Assembly: GCF_039654945.1 (NCBI RefSeq)
Contig: NW_027361825.1
Location: 14,818,001-14,882,000 of the forward strand
DNA from: Dendrobates tinctorius
Taxonomy: Eukaryota
DNA: 64,000 nt
Reading direction: 5' to 3'
The notes beneath the pieces were generated by a model. The model ran no database searches. It saw nothing but the letters and a program-made list of their open reading frames with translations, and was not told where the DNA came from. The first letter of the stretch is position 1, and each line of letters begins with the position of its first letter. Below are positions 28,650-42,269 of this stretch, piece by piece. Made by a program: the position numbers and the translations under genes.

Positions 28650-29594
28650 GCCAAAACCACAAGTGGGAGAAAAATACAGAAGTGGTGACGTGTTTCTAAT
28701 ATACTTTTCCTCTGATTGTTTTCCTCCAAGTTTTAGCTTACAAATACTGAGGTAAATATACTGACCAAATAACGTTTGTACGAGGTCTAAAGGAGAAAAG
28801 TGTGGTGCTGCTCAAGAAGTAGGCTGTTATACGATACACTTTATTGCAATTAGTGCAATTTCTCTCGGGATCGTGTTTCCAATTGTATATGGAAGAGGAG
28901 TGTGAGGTGCTGCAGGAGGAGGTGACTATAAAGGAGAAAAGCTGTGCTACAGAAAAAAGCTGTGTAAAGGAGGAGTGTGAGGTGCAGGAAGAGGCTGTGT
29001 AAAAAGGAGCATTAGGTGCAGAAGGAATAAGGCCCCATAACTGCCGCTGTTAAAAGTTGTATCGGCAGTCGTTAAGGGGTTAACATTGTGTAAAAAAAAA
29101 AAAATTGCTTCGACAAAATGACTCCAGATGTGTTCCATGTACCATGTGGTAGTGTTGCTATGTTCAACAGTGGCAATTTCTTTGTCTTGTGCGCGTTCCC
29201 ACACTGTCCTCAGAATACAGTGGGCTGCGCATGTGCAGACTGAGAGCATTGCTTGCCGATAGATGCTATTGCGCATGTGCCATCACCGTTTTGTTAAAGC
29301 AAAATTTTTCTTTTTTGAAGACTTTGCATCAGAAGGAAAAACCAAAAATGTTATTTATTAGAAGGCTTTTGAATGAGCTGAATATAAAATACTATCAATT
29401 CTTAGGTAATCATTTAGTTAATTGGTGTTGAAAATCTGTAGTGTTGAATATATGATGTGAAATGTTTTTATGTGTAATATAATCATTATAATTTGTTATA
29501 ACTAACACCAGTTAGTTACTATGCCCGGGCAATATAGGGGTCTTTAGTTATTAATGAATATTACTATGATAATTATCTTTTATCCAGCTGCACC

Positions 29595-30842
29595 TGTCAC
29601 TTGTGTGTCAGAGGTTGCAGACAGTCGCACTGCATCTAGCTGTAGAAGGTCTTAGCGTTTAGCTTTGCAGACATCTTCTTAACCCTTCTGACTGTTTGAC
29701 CCAGTGGCAACCTTTCTCCAGTTCTAATTGATAAACCTGGACCTTGGTGTTTATAGACTCCCAGCCTGCTGCTGGGAGTTGCCGGGGATGTTTCCATATC
29801 ACCCATTGAGGCTTGGAGTTATAGCCATTGGCTATCTTCCTCTTTGGTGCTGCTGGAGGACGTCTGTGTTACATCTCTGAGCCGTCCTATACTTAGTTGA
29901 CCCGATGTTTCCCAGCCCTTTGTTGTGGAGGCTGATAATTCGGAGGTGGGGGTTGGGGCTGTGTTGTATTAGGGTCCATCCCCTGGTAAATGGCATCCAT
30001 GTGCCTTCTTTTCTAAAAAAATTTTCTTCAGCTGAGAGAATTTATGACATGGGTAATAGGGAGCTTTTGGCAATTAAATTGGCATTTAAAGAATGGCAAC
30101 ATTGGTTGGAGGGGACTGTCCATCCTTTTACTGTTACTATTGTCCGTATGAGCTTCCCTGGTGGTGGTGACCATGAGGACCCTGTCCCGATTTTAGAGAA
30201 GGGGTAGTTATTTTGGCATTGTACTCTTATTTGTGCCACCAAATCTGCACCAAAAAGTAATTGGGGAACATCGCATCTCTGTGCTTGCTGGTCATCCAGG
30301 TGGTAAGGCAACCGTGGACCTCCTTTTTCTTCATTTTTAGTGCCCGGGGTTGAATCGGGACGTGGTTGAACAAGTAGCTACTTGTACTATCTGCGCACAT
30401 TCTAAAGTATCCCATACCCGTCCATCTGGTACCTTCTTCCGCAACCTAGTAGACCATGGACACACTTTTACATGGATTTTATTACTAACATAGCGTAATC
30501 TGCAGGCAAGACTGTGGTTCTGTTGGTTGTAGATAGGTTCAGTAAAATGGTTAATTTCCTCGCATTACCGGCACTTACGAATGCCAAGACTCTTGCTCAG
30601 GTGTTTATAAATGAGATTGTGAAGCTTGTGATCTTGATTTCTTAAGTAGGGCTTATCTCCAGGGTCAGGCAGAGATTATATTCCTGCTCGGAGATAGGTG
30701 CAGAACCTATATAAGGATGTTTAGGGCAGACAAGGTGACTTTAGATATCCCTAGGGGTCTCCAATCCCCCTTCCCTAGTGTTGGACTCCCTTCTCATCTT
30801 CCCTTCATGTTGCTTTTAGTCTTTCCTACACTGAGTAAGACA
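29595..30842 (+). mobile_element. Internally deleted Gypsy LTR retrotransposon
   Basis: TGTCA...GACA ends with 5-bp TSD GCACC. RNase H remnant ([28 protein letters not shown]), integrase zinc-finger remnant and core (RPWTH..MDFIT...LLVVDRFSKM). Confidence 0.85.
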
Positions 30843-31086
30843 GCACCTTTAATTAGGTAATGCACGTGTTAACTAAAGGAATAATATTCCCATCTTGCAG
30901 TGGTGGAATGCCGCTATGTCATGACTGCATAACTGATGGGGGTCAAACCTCTTGAACGCTCACTGATTCTAAAAATGAAGGGGTCATAGATCTACTTAAG
31001 AACCATGTTGTCTTCACAGTTTTCCTCTGCATAATGGCGCTCCAAACATCCACTGTGCAGAACTGAGTTACTAGAAATGAGCGAAT

Positions 31087-31740
31087 ACCTTGTCAGATTA
31101 TAAGATGCAATTTTTTCCTCCCAAATTTGGAGGGAAAATGAGGGTGCTTCTTATAATGCGGATATACCTTATAGGTACTGTTGCTGCAGGCCGCACGCTG
31201 GGATGAAGCGTTGTCTGGCAGTGCTGCGGGGTTGTCCGGTGGTGCTGTGGTGGTATCTGGCAGTGATGCAGGGGTGTCTGGTGCTGCTGTGGGTGCCTCC
31301 GGAGCTGCGCAGGTTCTGCTGACATTTTGTGGAAGGGCAGAGCCCCCACAGTTCCATGGCTTCCTATGCGGTGGACTCTGGGAAGATAGCCGCCGGGGCT
31401 GCGCATGCGCAGATGGAGATCTCGGCACCAAGATCTCAGGAGATGAGCTCTCAACGCTGATCGCACTGGAGACACCTGCAGCAGCAGCAGAGACACCCAC
31501 AGCAGCATTGGACACCCACAGCGGCGCATCGCACGTCAGAACACTCCTTCATCCCAGCCTGCAGCCTACAGCATCACCCCACCCGTCTCCTCCAGCAGTG
31601 ACACTGGGACCCCGCTTCACTGTAGCCACCACCCCCGGTAAGCGATAAGATGCATGGATTATAAGAAGCACCACCATTTTATTTTTTTTAAAAAAATTCC
31701 TATTTTTCTCGTGTGCGTCTTATAATCAGAAAATACGGTA
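31087..31740. mobile_element. Tc1/pogo-type MITE
   Basis: Right end ...GCGTCTTATAATCAGAAAATACGGTA, decayed left end TACC...GATTATAAGATGCA, internal TATAAGA repeats. Confidence 0.55.
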
Positions 31741-32680
31741 AATTCTAGTGAAACTGAATTATATTCGAATTTTTACAAAAATCCGTATTTGCCAAAGTGC
31801 AGATTTTCCATAATTAGTTTCTATGTAGATTCAGCAAAATGATGATTGCTGGTTCTAATTTTCCAAACTGCAAAATGCCATCAAAATGTTATAAAAAATT
31901 CTTATTCTCACCTCTCCGGCCCCTTCACATAATTCATTCACTCTTCGCTGTATCTTTAGAATCACTCAGATGAAATCCCAGAGAAAGGTCACAATGTCAT
32001 GATGTCACACATTGTGCTATGACCTTGCACGTACATGTGCAGAACCCTCCTGGGCTCCACCAAAGCTGGAGCAGCATGAAATTCCCTAGGACCTCAGGGC
32101 GAGTGGCGGCAATCTAAAGATGCGTGGAGGACCAGACTGTGACGAATGGAGGGGCAGGAGAGTTGAGCGGTGAGTAAAATGATTTTTTTTTCCAATTTTT
32201 TATATATTGCGTTTATTATGCCCTGATGTCTAAAGAGACCCCAGACCATAATAAGGGACATTAAATTTGCGGAGAATAATTATCCGCAAATCGAATTTCC
32301 CAGGAATAAATGCACAAACACTCCTCTCTATGAATTGCACCATAGATATATTTAAGTAGCTGATGCGTTGCTGTGCAGGTATGTACGAGAAAAACTGATT
32401 GCAGGAAAGAGTATAAGGACAAAGAGGTGTTTATAAAGTAAAAATACCTTTATTAACTAGTACGGTAGGTGGCGGCACAGAAGGCGCTCACAAACAACAT
32501 AAATAAGTAAAAATTATATATATATATATATATAAAAAGGAATGATAAAATATCATAAGAACACAGCAGCAGTTGGTATATAGAAATGGATATTACCCAC
32601 AAATAAAGTGCAATGTACAAAAGGTGAAAAATATGTGTGTAAACATAGGTGTGCACAGCTAAATATCAGAAATGTAAATA

Positions 32681-33015
32681 CAGTTGTGCTCAAAAGTTTA
32701 CATACCCTGGCAGAATTTTTGCTTTCTTGGCCTTTTTTCAGAGAATATGAATGATAACACCAAAACTTTTTCTCCACTCATGGTTAGTGGTTGGATGAAG
32801 CCATTTATTGTCAAACTACTGTGTTTTCTCTTTTTAAATCATAATGACAACCCAAAACATTCAAATGACCCTGATCAAAAGTTTACATACCCTGGTGATT
32901 TTTGCCTGATAACATGCACAAAAGTTGAATGGGTTTGAATGGCTACTAAAGGTAACATCCTCACCTGTGACCTGTTTGCTTGTAATCAGTGTGTGTGCGC
33001 ATTAAAGCTGAGTGA
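32681..33015 (+). mobile_element. Tc1 5' terminal fragment (a second family)
   Basis: TA|CAGTTGTGCTCAAAAGTTTACATACCCTG, with the AAAAGTTTACATACCCTGG motif repeated at about 32877 (IR/DR architecture); truncated. Confidence 0.75.
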
Positions 33016-33379
33016 GAAATGGGTGTAATCAGATAGTGTATAGGGAGGTACTCATCACACGGAGTACATACCAAGGTCTGGTCAGGTTCAAAACGCGCAT
33101 CAGGGTTTGGCGCCACAAGTCTCCTTACCCAGCACAGCAGCCTCTTTGTCCTTATACTCTTTCCTGCAATCAGTAACCTGTGTCTCGGGGCCTCTCCTTT
33201 TGGTTTACCTTTTTTTTCCAAGTGATTTGTTCCATTCTCTGGTCCACACTGACACCAGTATACACTTTTATTTTGTTACTACAATAAATTTTGCTTTTCC
33301 CGGTGTCTATCATTCTCTTACATGTTAAGTCTAAAGGTATGTACCGGGACCATTGTCTGTTCTAAAAGTTTCTTCAAAC

Positions 33380-34284
33380 CATTTTCTAAGATTCTAAGGA
33401 TGGTGAAGATTATGAAGACTTATGGAGTAAAGGTGAGGATAAAGGGAATAATATTTAAGAAAATGAATCCTGTTGTGTAGATTATTATTTGTAAGATGGC
33501 TATGTCTTTGCAGTAGATATTACATCTTGGACCAGTAGAAGCGCTATCCAAGCATGAAACGGCCATTGTCCACCCATCTCCTCACATGTCTCCCTCCACA
33601 TACTTACGCACTGCTTAATGGATGTCCATATGAATTACAAATAAAGGACTTTTAACCACAAAGGAAAAGGTGGGTGCTGCTTTTCTGCTTTCTGTATGAT
33701 TACTTACCACAATTGTTGGCCTCTGCACCACAAGAAAATAAGTTTCCTTAGCAGCCATTGCTGTCTAGAACAGAAAACAAAGCACTGGTGCCTCCCTATT
33801 CCTTATCTCCATATGCTCTTGTCATGAAGATAATTGGTGGAAGGACCTTTACAAAACTCACCAGACAGTAGGTAACGGCCAATAGACCTCAGACTTCATC
33901 ACTCATGAGTCATGACCACATGATATAGTAGAGGGTTACAAATAGCCACATATTGATCATAGCTCATGGCTCCCAAAAACATTTGTCCTTCAACAGTAAA
34001 AGCTGAGTAGAAATAAATCAGAATCATGCAGCCGACATAGATGACCTTCTTTCCTGTTATAAAATTAGGAAGGATTCTGTGCAGAGAAACAGCTGATATG
34101 TTCACTATGGACAGATTGGACAGGAAGAATAAATGAGGGTATGGAAATAGGAATCAGAGAAGTTTAAAGATGATCAGAGATGGCCAAGTTACTACTAGCA
34201 CTGATGAGATAAATCAGTAGAACAAGGATGAATATTAGAACTTGACATTCAGCAGAATCTGAAAACAACTAAATTGTTCACCAT
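33380..34284 (-). pseudogene. Olfactory receptor pseudogene, interrupted by an insertion at about 33520-33790
   Basis: FFLSNLS, AMSYDQYVAICNPLLYHVVM and FIIFTILRI remnants with frameshifts and stops; the 3' end was not recognised. Confidence 0.8.
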
Positions 34285-36059
34285 GGAGCTAATTCTAGGG
34301 TCCAAAATTTTCTTCAATTTTGAGACGTCTGAAAAGTATGTAATATTGACTTAGAATAAATCTTTCTTCAAGAATTAACATTTTTATTGCTACAATTAAA
34401 AATGTGTACAGCTCCAATGCAGACCTACTTGTCAAAGGAGTATTTTGGTCTACAAAATTATTACCTATCCAATAGATACATTTGTTAGATCTGGTTGGGT
34501 TTCTCATCAGTCTGCCCTCATCAATTTCCCAAATGGATGACTTAATTCTGGTGTTCTTCTATGGTTCTACCATAGATATGATACTTGTTCCATGAAGACT
34601 AAAATGGAGTTGTGGCTCGAGGATAGAAAGTAAGCTTTGTGTTCTGCTAACTTCCTTAGAACCTTATTGAATGGAGAGGTAGAGCGCACACAAGATGAGT
34701 ATTTGGTGAGTTTTTGATGATGAAGATGTAAACAATGTTACTTGCATTTTATTTATATTGCATTTTTTTTGCATTTTTGACCAGTACCCATAATAGTAAT
34801 TGACATGTTGCACATTTCAATATTGCACCGCAGGTCAGTTTACGCAACATATAAAAGGAGTCTTACAGAAATTCCATCCACTTTGGTGGAACTGTAAGAA
34901 AAATTTGTTGCTCAACGAAAATGTGCAGGGTCAAAAATACACCAAAGACTCCGCTTGGGAACTTACCATAAAAGTAATTTTTTAGACATCCCTTGAGTCA
35001 TATTAACATCAAACATCCTAGTAAATACATTAAATCAATGGCAAAAAAATACACTGAGTAGTTAATTAATAACATATCCAGCAAATTATTTTCTTCTGTG
35101 GGGAAATTCTTAAACAAATCTAAATTTTTTTTTAGAAAATTCAAAATTAGGGAATTATTAATTCTACAAAATTACTAAGTTTCTAAAAGCCAATGAGTTG
35201 CCAATGTATCCAAGGCTTCTCAGAGTATGATATGATGTTCTATTCATTTATCTTACATGTCCTATATCACTATGATGAAATGGGAAATTTGATAAAATGC
35301 CAGTGATACTAAATTATCTAAAGATAACTTATGAGTTCTAATATAGTTTGGTCATTACATGACCATCACAGATGTCACCCAGCCCTCTATTACCAAGACC
35401 ACCTCAACCAATCAGTGAGTCCAAAGTCCTGACTCGGTTCCCTGACAAGCCATTCATTTTTGCAGGCCTTATGAGATGCTGGGACTAGAGCGCAGTGAAG
35501 GAGCAATGCAGTGGTGTCACCAAGGCTATCGGATTGTTTCCTTTTAATGTGAGAACTGAGCTACTGAGTATTAAAGTGTTTTTTTCCCATTTATAGAATT
35601 TCATAGGATGATAACCTGCTGATTGGAGGGATTTCCACCACTGGGACACCCACCTAAAGATGGTAATAACTAGAGATGAGCAAATCAACCCACAGAGAAT
35701 CAAATTCGAGTCAAATTTCTGGAAATTTGCGGTTTCATGAGAATTCAAAACTTTTCAGATTCCATTCATGGTTTACAGAAAATAAAATGGCATAGCACAA
35801 TTTATACACTCCTGACACATTATAAAGGGGTTAATGCCTTTCTGTATTGCCACATGGACTTCCCCATAATGCCCTGCAGCTACGACGACTAGTTTATTTT
35901 CCTACATTGTAAAGTGATGGTTCACACTGGCGCAGTAACTTTCCATACTGACAATCAATGAAGCAGTGTAACTCACTGGAGCCGACTAATAAAATTGTGT
36001 TTCTCATTTTTTCCATTAAGATATCAAACAAATTATAACAGTGTACCAATATATACAAT

Positions 36060-36450
36060 GATGAAGGCACTCATATGGGGCACTATGAGACACTCATATT
36101 ATGACTGCTACTCATATGGGGCACTGTGGTTAACACTCATATGTGGCATTGTGGGTGACACTTATATGGGGCACTCGTTGACACTCATATGGGGCACTGT
36201 GAGTGACTTATTTGGGGCACGGTGACTGACACACATATGGGGAACTGTAGTTGACACATATGGGATACTGTGATTCATACTCATATGGAGCATTGTAGCT
36301 GACAGTTATATGGGGCACTGTGGCTGACACTCATATGGTGTAATATGACTGACACTCATATGGGTAACAGTGGCTGACACTTATATTGGCACTGTGGGTG
36401 ACACGGGGTACTGTGGCTGATACTTATATGTGGCACTGTTGCTGACAACT
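36060..36450. repeat. ~25-bp minisatellite
   Basis: Repeated GACACTCATATGGGGCACTGTGGCT units. Confidence 0.85.
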
Positions 36451-36890
36451 GAATGAGGTCCTGGGTTTTGACTCTTATGATTGCATTTTGCATGTAATGT
36501 AAAGTAGAGTAAACAGCTAAGCATTCTCACCGTTCATTTCAGTTCCTATACCTCAGACCCACAATCAGTATTTTTTGAACTGGCAGAATGTTAAGCAAAA
36601 TATCAAAATTTTCTTTATTCACTATTATCAAGAAACAAATGGTAAAATATATTAGTATATTAGTACAAAATATAGAAAACATAAATGAATACGAAGCTGC
36701 TATCATTGTACATAAAGTCAAGGAGACTTGAACGTCATTAGTGGTGACGTAGCATTTAAGTAAAGCTTCAACCTTCCATCATAAACCACTTATAACACAC
36801 ACTCAGCTCTAGCAATTACACATAATCCACCTGTATTAGCCTCTCATACAGGCATAATAATTTTGTTTTGTCTTTTTTTCGATTTTCGAT

Positions 36891-37832
36891 TTATGCTATT
36901 ACTTTACAAAATTTAAGCCTTCGCTTTATTGCTAATGTCATATCTTTATTTTTGAAGCTGTAGATCAATGGATTTACTATGGGGATAAAGACAGTATTAA
37001 ACATAGAAAACAATTTACTTGATTCTGTCGATCTTTTTGATTTTGGAGTAAAGTATTGCAAGAAGATAATCAAATAGAGAAGGATGACAACTGTGAGGTG
37101 GGAAGAACAGGTGTAGAAGGCTTTACGTCTTCCGGAGCTGGCGCGGATTTTGAGTATGGAGATGATAATGAAAATGTAAGGTGTGAAAGTAAGGAGGAAA
37201 GGCAACAGACCAAAAAGAGAAATCCCTACTGTGAAAATGACAATCTGTAGGGTGGCAATGTCATCACAAGTAATTTCCATGAGAGGGACAAGGTCACAGA
37301 AGAAGTGATTGATCTCATGAGACCTGTAACAAGAAAAGTTCAAAACCAAAGTAGTAGGTGGAAGGACTAAGAAGAAGCCAGAAATCCAGGAGATTATGGA
37401 CAACCATATACAAACTTTTTGGGTCATGACTGTGTGATATAGTAATGGATTATAGACGGCTATATATCGATCATAACTCATCACTGCTAGTATTGCAAAT
37501 TCATCAAATGTAAAAGATGCAAAAAAGTGCATTTGTACCATGCAAGCGAGGTAAGAAACTGACTTGTCCCCGAGTATGAAATTAGCAAAGATCTTGTGGA
37601 GTGATACGGTCGAACAAGAGAGGTCCACCAGTGACAAGTTGGCTAGAAAGAAGTACATAGGAGTACGAAGTTGACGGTCAAAACAGGACACTGTGATAAT
37701 GGTCATGTTGCCTCCAAGAATGATGATGTAAATAAGAAGAACCAGAAGGAAGATTGGAAGCTGAAGTTCAGGAACACTTGAAATCCCATTAATAATGAAA
37801 TAGGTAACCATGGTTTGATTTGGTGGATTCAT
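36891..37832 (-). CDS. Olfactory receptor, intact single exon, 313 aa
   Basis: NQT site, LRTPMYFFLANLS, MSYDRYIAVYNPLLY, HFFCD, KAFYTCSSHL, PIVNPLIYSFKNKD. Confidence 0.95.
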   Translation of the reverse strand: MNPPNQTMVTYFIINGISSVPELQLPIFLLVLLIYIIILGGNMTIITVSCFDRQLRTPMYFFLANLSLVDLSCSTVSLHKIFANFILGDKSVSYLACMVQMHFFASFTFDEFAILAVMSYDRYIAVYNPLLYHTVMTQKVCIWLSIISWISGFFLVLPPTTLVLNFSCYRSHEINHFFCDLVPLMEITCDDIATLQIVIFTVGISLFGLLPFLLTFTPYIFIIISILKIRASSGRRKAFYTCSSHLTVVILLYLIIFLQYFTPKSKRSTESSKLFSMFNTVFIPIVNPLIYSFKNKDMTLAIKRRLKFCKVIA

Positions 37833-38175
37833 GCTTAGGGTTGAATTCTGTAACTTAGAAGAGATGAGTTATCACTACACAGAAAAAGAAAAATGTAAGA
37901 AAAAAACACTATTGGTCCCCACCTTGGACAAAGATGTATAGCTAGAAATACTTAATTATAGAGCATTAGTTGCATTTTTTAGACCTTAAACATTGTATAA
38001 ATCTTATTAGGACATCAATGTTTATGACTCAAAGAACCCCTTCAATTAGGAAAAATACATTTTACCAAATAACCGTAAACAAGTTTTGGAAAAATATACA
38101 AAAAATATAAAAATATGCAAAAACAGCGCTAAAGGGTTGTCTAGCCTTATGATAGTGAAGACCAATCCTTAGGAT

Positions 38176-39054
38176 ATCTAAATATAAACTTGGCACACAC
38201 ACGTGGAATCCAATGCAAATGGTGGTTTCATAAGGTACAGTACATACAGTGACGTTTCGGTCTATATGACCTTCATCAATGTACTAAAAATAAAAAGTGG
38301 ATATAAGTATCAAATAAATCAGGTATATACAAACATTGTACAACACATGGTTAAGCCATAATACAGAGTGTAATTGACATGATTCATATTCAGAAACCAT
38401 TATGGCTGTTAGTTTAATATATTAAATAGATCAAATATATACAAAGGTTGTACAACACATAATTAAGTCTGGGTATCAGGTGTGGTTTCCATGATATATA
38501 TGCAAAAAATGGTTAATGAGAGAGGCACATACCCCTAGGAACCACAGTGATTTTTAGGGGTATGTGCCTCTCTCATTAACCATTTCTTGCACTTTAGATT
38601 GTTGCATCGCTATGTCTAAAATAGTATGCTACTAGCCATAATGCTGCACATGTTTTTTGCATATATATCATGGAAACCACACCTGATACCCAGACTTAAT
38701 TATGTGTTGTACAACCTTTGTATATATTTGATTTATTTAATATATTAAACTAACAGCCATAATGGTTTCTGAATAAGAATCATGTCAATTACACTCTGTA
38801 TTTTGGCTTAACCATGTGTTGTACAACGTTTGTATATACCTGATTTATTTGACACTTATATCCACTTTTTATTTTTAGTACATTGATGAAGGTCATATAG
38901 ACCGAAACATCACTGTATGTACTGTACCTTATGAAACCACCATTTGCATTGGATTCCACTTGTGTGTGCCAAGTTTATATTTAGATTTGTCACGGATTGG
39001 GGATCCTACTTGTGCACCACAATTAGAGAGTTGTGCCATCGGTTTGCACTTATC
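38176..39054. mobile_element. Palindromic Penelope-type insertion (inverted pLTRs)
   Basis: ~330-bp inverted arms 38176-38509 / 38654-38986 with a nested hairpin at 38511-38581. Flanked by the direct repeat CAATCCTTAGGATA (38163-38176, 39055-39068). Confidence 0.65.
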
Positions 39055-41285
39055 AATCCTTAGGATAGGTCATCAATACCATATTGTGGGGGTCTGATAC
39101 AAAAGATTTGCATTGATTGGCTGTTTTCAGCTCTGGATGTATACATTAAACTGCAAGACTTCGTTCACTGATTGATGACCGTAACTGAGACGCTCAGCTC
39201 CTATTCAATTTAATATGAAAAGAATAGGTCATCAACATCAGGTCAGACAGTCCTTTAAAGGTGACAAATATTTTTTCTACATTTATGTCATGAATCATGA
39301 TATAAAATATAGATTTTTGAGGGTCCGGTATTAGTAACAATGAACAATCTCAAATATTGGGGGGGGGTTTCCATTTTTTTTAAATAAGGAAAGAATAGGG
39401 AATGTTAGACTATAATAAAACTGCCCCTTGAATCCCAGTCATCATAATACTGGCCTCAGTGGTGATGCTGGCATCTACAGCAAGTGACCGGTCTTCGTGA
39501 TTGATTCAAAGACATTATGCCATGGGGATTTTTTGTATATTGTAAAGGGTCGTGCCAAACGTTAGCAAAATTTTAGGATGTCTGCGAGTTTTGGTTCAGA
39601 TGTTCATAAAAATTTGCAGAGTAGGTTGCAACCTTGATGGTAAGTTATTTTTTTTATTTCAAAACATTTCCTGGTCTTTAATAAATTTTGAAAAATCCCC
39701 CCCCCCCACAAAACCCTACGTTAGTCGCCTTACTAAATTTCAGTGGAAGAAATTCAGTCTATTTCCTCTACAATAGGCCAGTTAGAAAGACTCATGAGAT
39801 AATGACATTTGGCACAACTCAATCACTGAGGTGCCGGACATGATGGAAAATTATTGTGAACTTCTGAAGGAATGGACTTTTTTCATAGCAGAAATTATTC
39901 TAAAAGACGAGGGGCTTCGAATCAATTACACATAGCCTATTTCTACGAATATATCACAACCTGCATTTCTTTTCATCATTGCTAGTATTGATTTCAGCCA
40001 CAATGCCAAGGGAAAATATGCGACAATTTTGCCCCTATATGTTTTTTTCTTTCAAGATTCATTAGTCAAAAAGTCAGTAGCCCCATAATGTAGGCAGAAG
40101 AGTGAAATCATTGAAATCTGTGCCTTTGAATTTTCAAAGAGGTTTTATAAAAAAAAATTGTGAACAAAAAAATAAATGCCATAACAAATAAAACAAAAGA
40201 ACCATTACTCATCTGAAAAGCACACATTACTCCAGCAATTCCAGTGCTTTGATTTGTTGATTTTCCTGTATATTGACGTGTCTACCGATGTGACCTCTGC
40301 AGTCAATCACTTGGCCTCTGCAATCTTGTGCTAATACACCTTAGCATCACTGCAGTGACCAATGATTGGCTACAGTAATCCCAGGGGTAGATTGCACATC
40401 AAAGCTGTAAGTTAATCAGCAAAGACTGTCAGGAAGTATTAAAGCCGCAGACATTTTATCAAGCAATAGATTTTTGCACTATTTTCTACCTTTGGACAGT
40501 TTTCTTTAAGTCTTGGATTGAAAGGTTGTTGACTTTCCATATAACCTCTTATCTAGAAAAGGTCTCCCAAAATGATTTGCTGCTGGGCGCCCTAGTGTAA
40601 TATACCCGGGAACCTAGCAGCAAGTGCTTAGTCTCCCTGCAGCGTCACCACAGGGCAAATAAAGCATTACATAACATCTCTTATAAATCATTGGGCTTTC
40701 TACGTGTACTGCATTGGCCTGATGGGCCCCCTGAAAAAACTACTCTACAACGAGGGGATTCATTAAGTTAGTATTGCCTACTTACCAGATCTGGTGGCCA
40801 GTGCTCACAAAGTTGTACAATTGCTTTAGAAATTTGACATCCGCTTTTTATCAAACTTTATAACCTTCTGTCAGGATAGAAGAAAAATGGCAGCTCAAGA
40901 CCTCTCAACATCTTTCTAGTAAATCAGTATAAGAAAAAGTGTCTATTTACAAAAAAATATTGCAGGGATTTTATAGTCTTCGGATGGGTAGGGTAAAAGA
41001 TCAGCGCCACTGGATTGTGAATATTAATTAATCTCTTGAGTATAAATCCCTTTGTTTTGAATCTTTAATTGATGATTAAGTATCAGATCACAGTTACATA
41101 GAAAAGGCATGTAATGTTACTGTACTGAAAGCCTTGACACATTGGATGTTGTCTTTTGCAACTTGTTCTTTTTTATTGTCCCAGAGCATATGAAAAGAGA
41201 AACTGAAGAAACTTTGCAAATAGTCGCAAATGAAAATTTCTTACTGATTCTCCAAGGATAATAAGGCTGTAATGTACATATGATA

Positions 41286-41974
41286 TGTAAGGAGGTGGTG
41301 GAGAACCTCATTGCTTCCCCTCTCTCCCGTGTGCTGGTCCCGTGCACTTTATGCAGTACATGTGTGATGTACCTGTATGTTATGTACCATTTATGCACAA
41401 GTTGAACTGTATTGTGTTGCCCTGTACATGTTAAAGGCAGGGACAGGAACGGTTAACATGTGGACTGGCGGCAGGAAGCTCCTGCTTCCAGTCATTTGCC
41501 CGGGCACATTTGCCTAGGGCAGGTGCTCAGGACTATGAGGAGGAAAAGGCTCGCCTGGAGGGCAGAGAAGTGCTGCCCCAATCCCATGGGCAGTGAAGAG
41601 GGCAATAGGACTTTGTGAGTGCTCCGCTGAAAGGACTATAAGCGTCCAAATACCAGCCACTGAAGCAGTCCACTTCTGCTGCTGCTGACACTGCAGTGAC
41701 TAGCAATAGGGACAGAGCAGGAACTTGTATTGGATTACTGCAACTACTTTTTCTACCCTTTTCTACCTCATTTGTTCACAAATAAATAATTTCCCTGTTG
41801 GATCATAACTGTGCTTCTGGATTCTGATTGCCTGGGCTACAGTGACAGAGGAGAAGAGGTAAATCCCCTGGGGTTGTATCCGTCCTGTTAATTCATGTGC
41901 AAGGGGTCGGGGTGTGGACTGACTGTGCCTTAGTGACCTCACCTACAACTACAACCCTGTGCCACCTTGTTACA
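41286..41974 (+). mobile_element. Probable solo LTR
   Basis: TGTAA...TTACA ends and an internal AATAAA at about 41781; no clean TSD. Confidence 0.45.
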
Positions 41975-42269
41975 TATTATCTCCTGTTTATAGCTAAAAA
42001 GCTCTAATAGCCTCACATTGTGTAACTAGTATAAAGCAAAAGGACTGGAATCTATTATCTACCATCAGGCATTGTATCCTATTGTGTACTTTCTAATGAC
42101 CAGAGGACTGAAGCGCTTTTAAAATAAAGAAAGAACTTTCCAACATGCTTCACTCTTATGGGCTTCATAAAATGACTTATTACCCTGATGAAGCCTGTGA
42201 GGGTGAAACATGGTGGGGAGGTTCTTTCTCTATTTTAATAGCAAATTGTTCCTCTGGCAAATAGATAAG

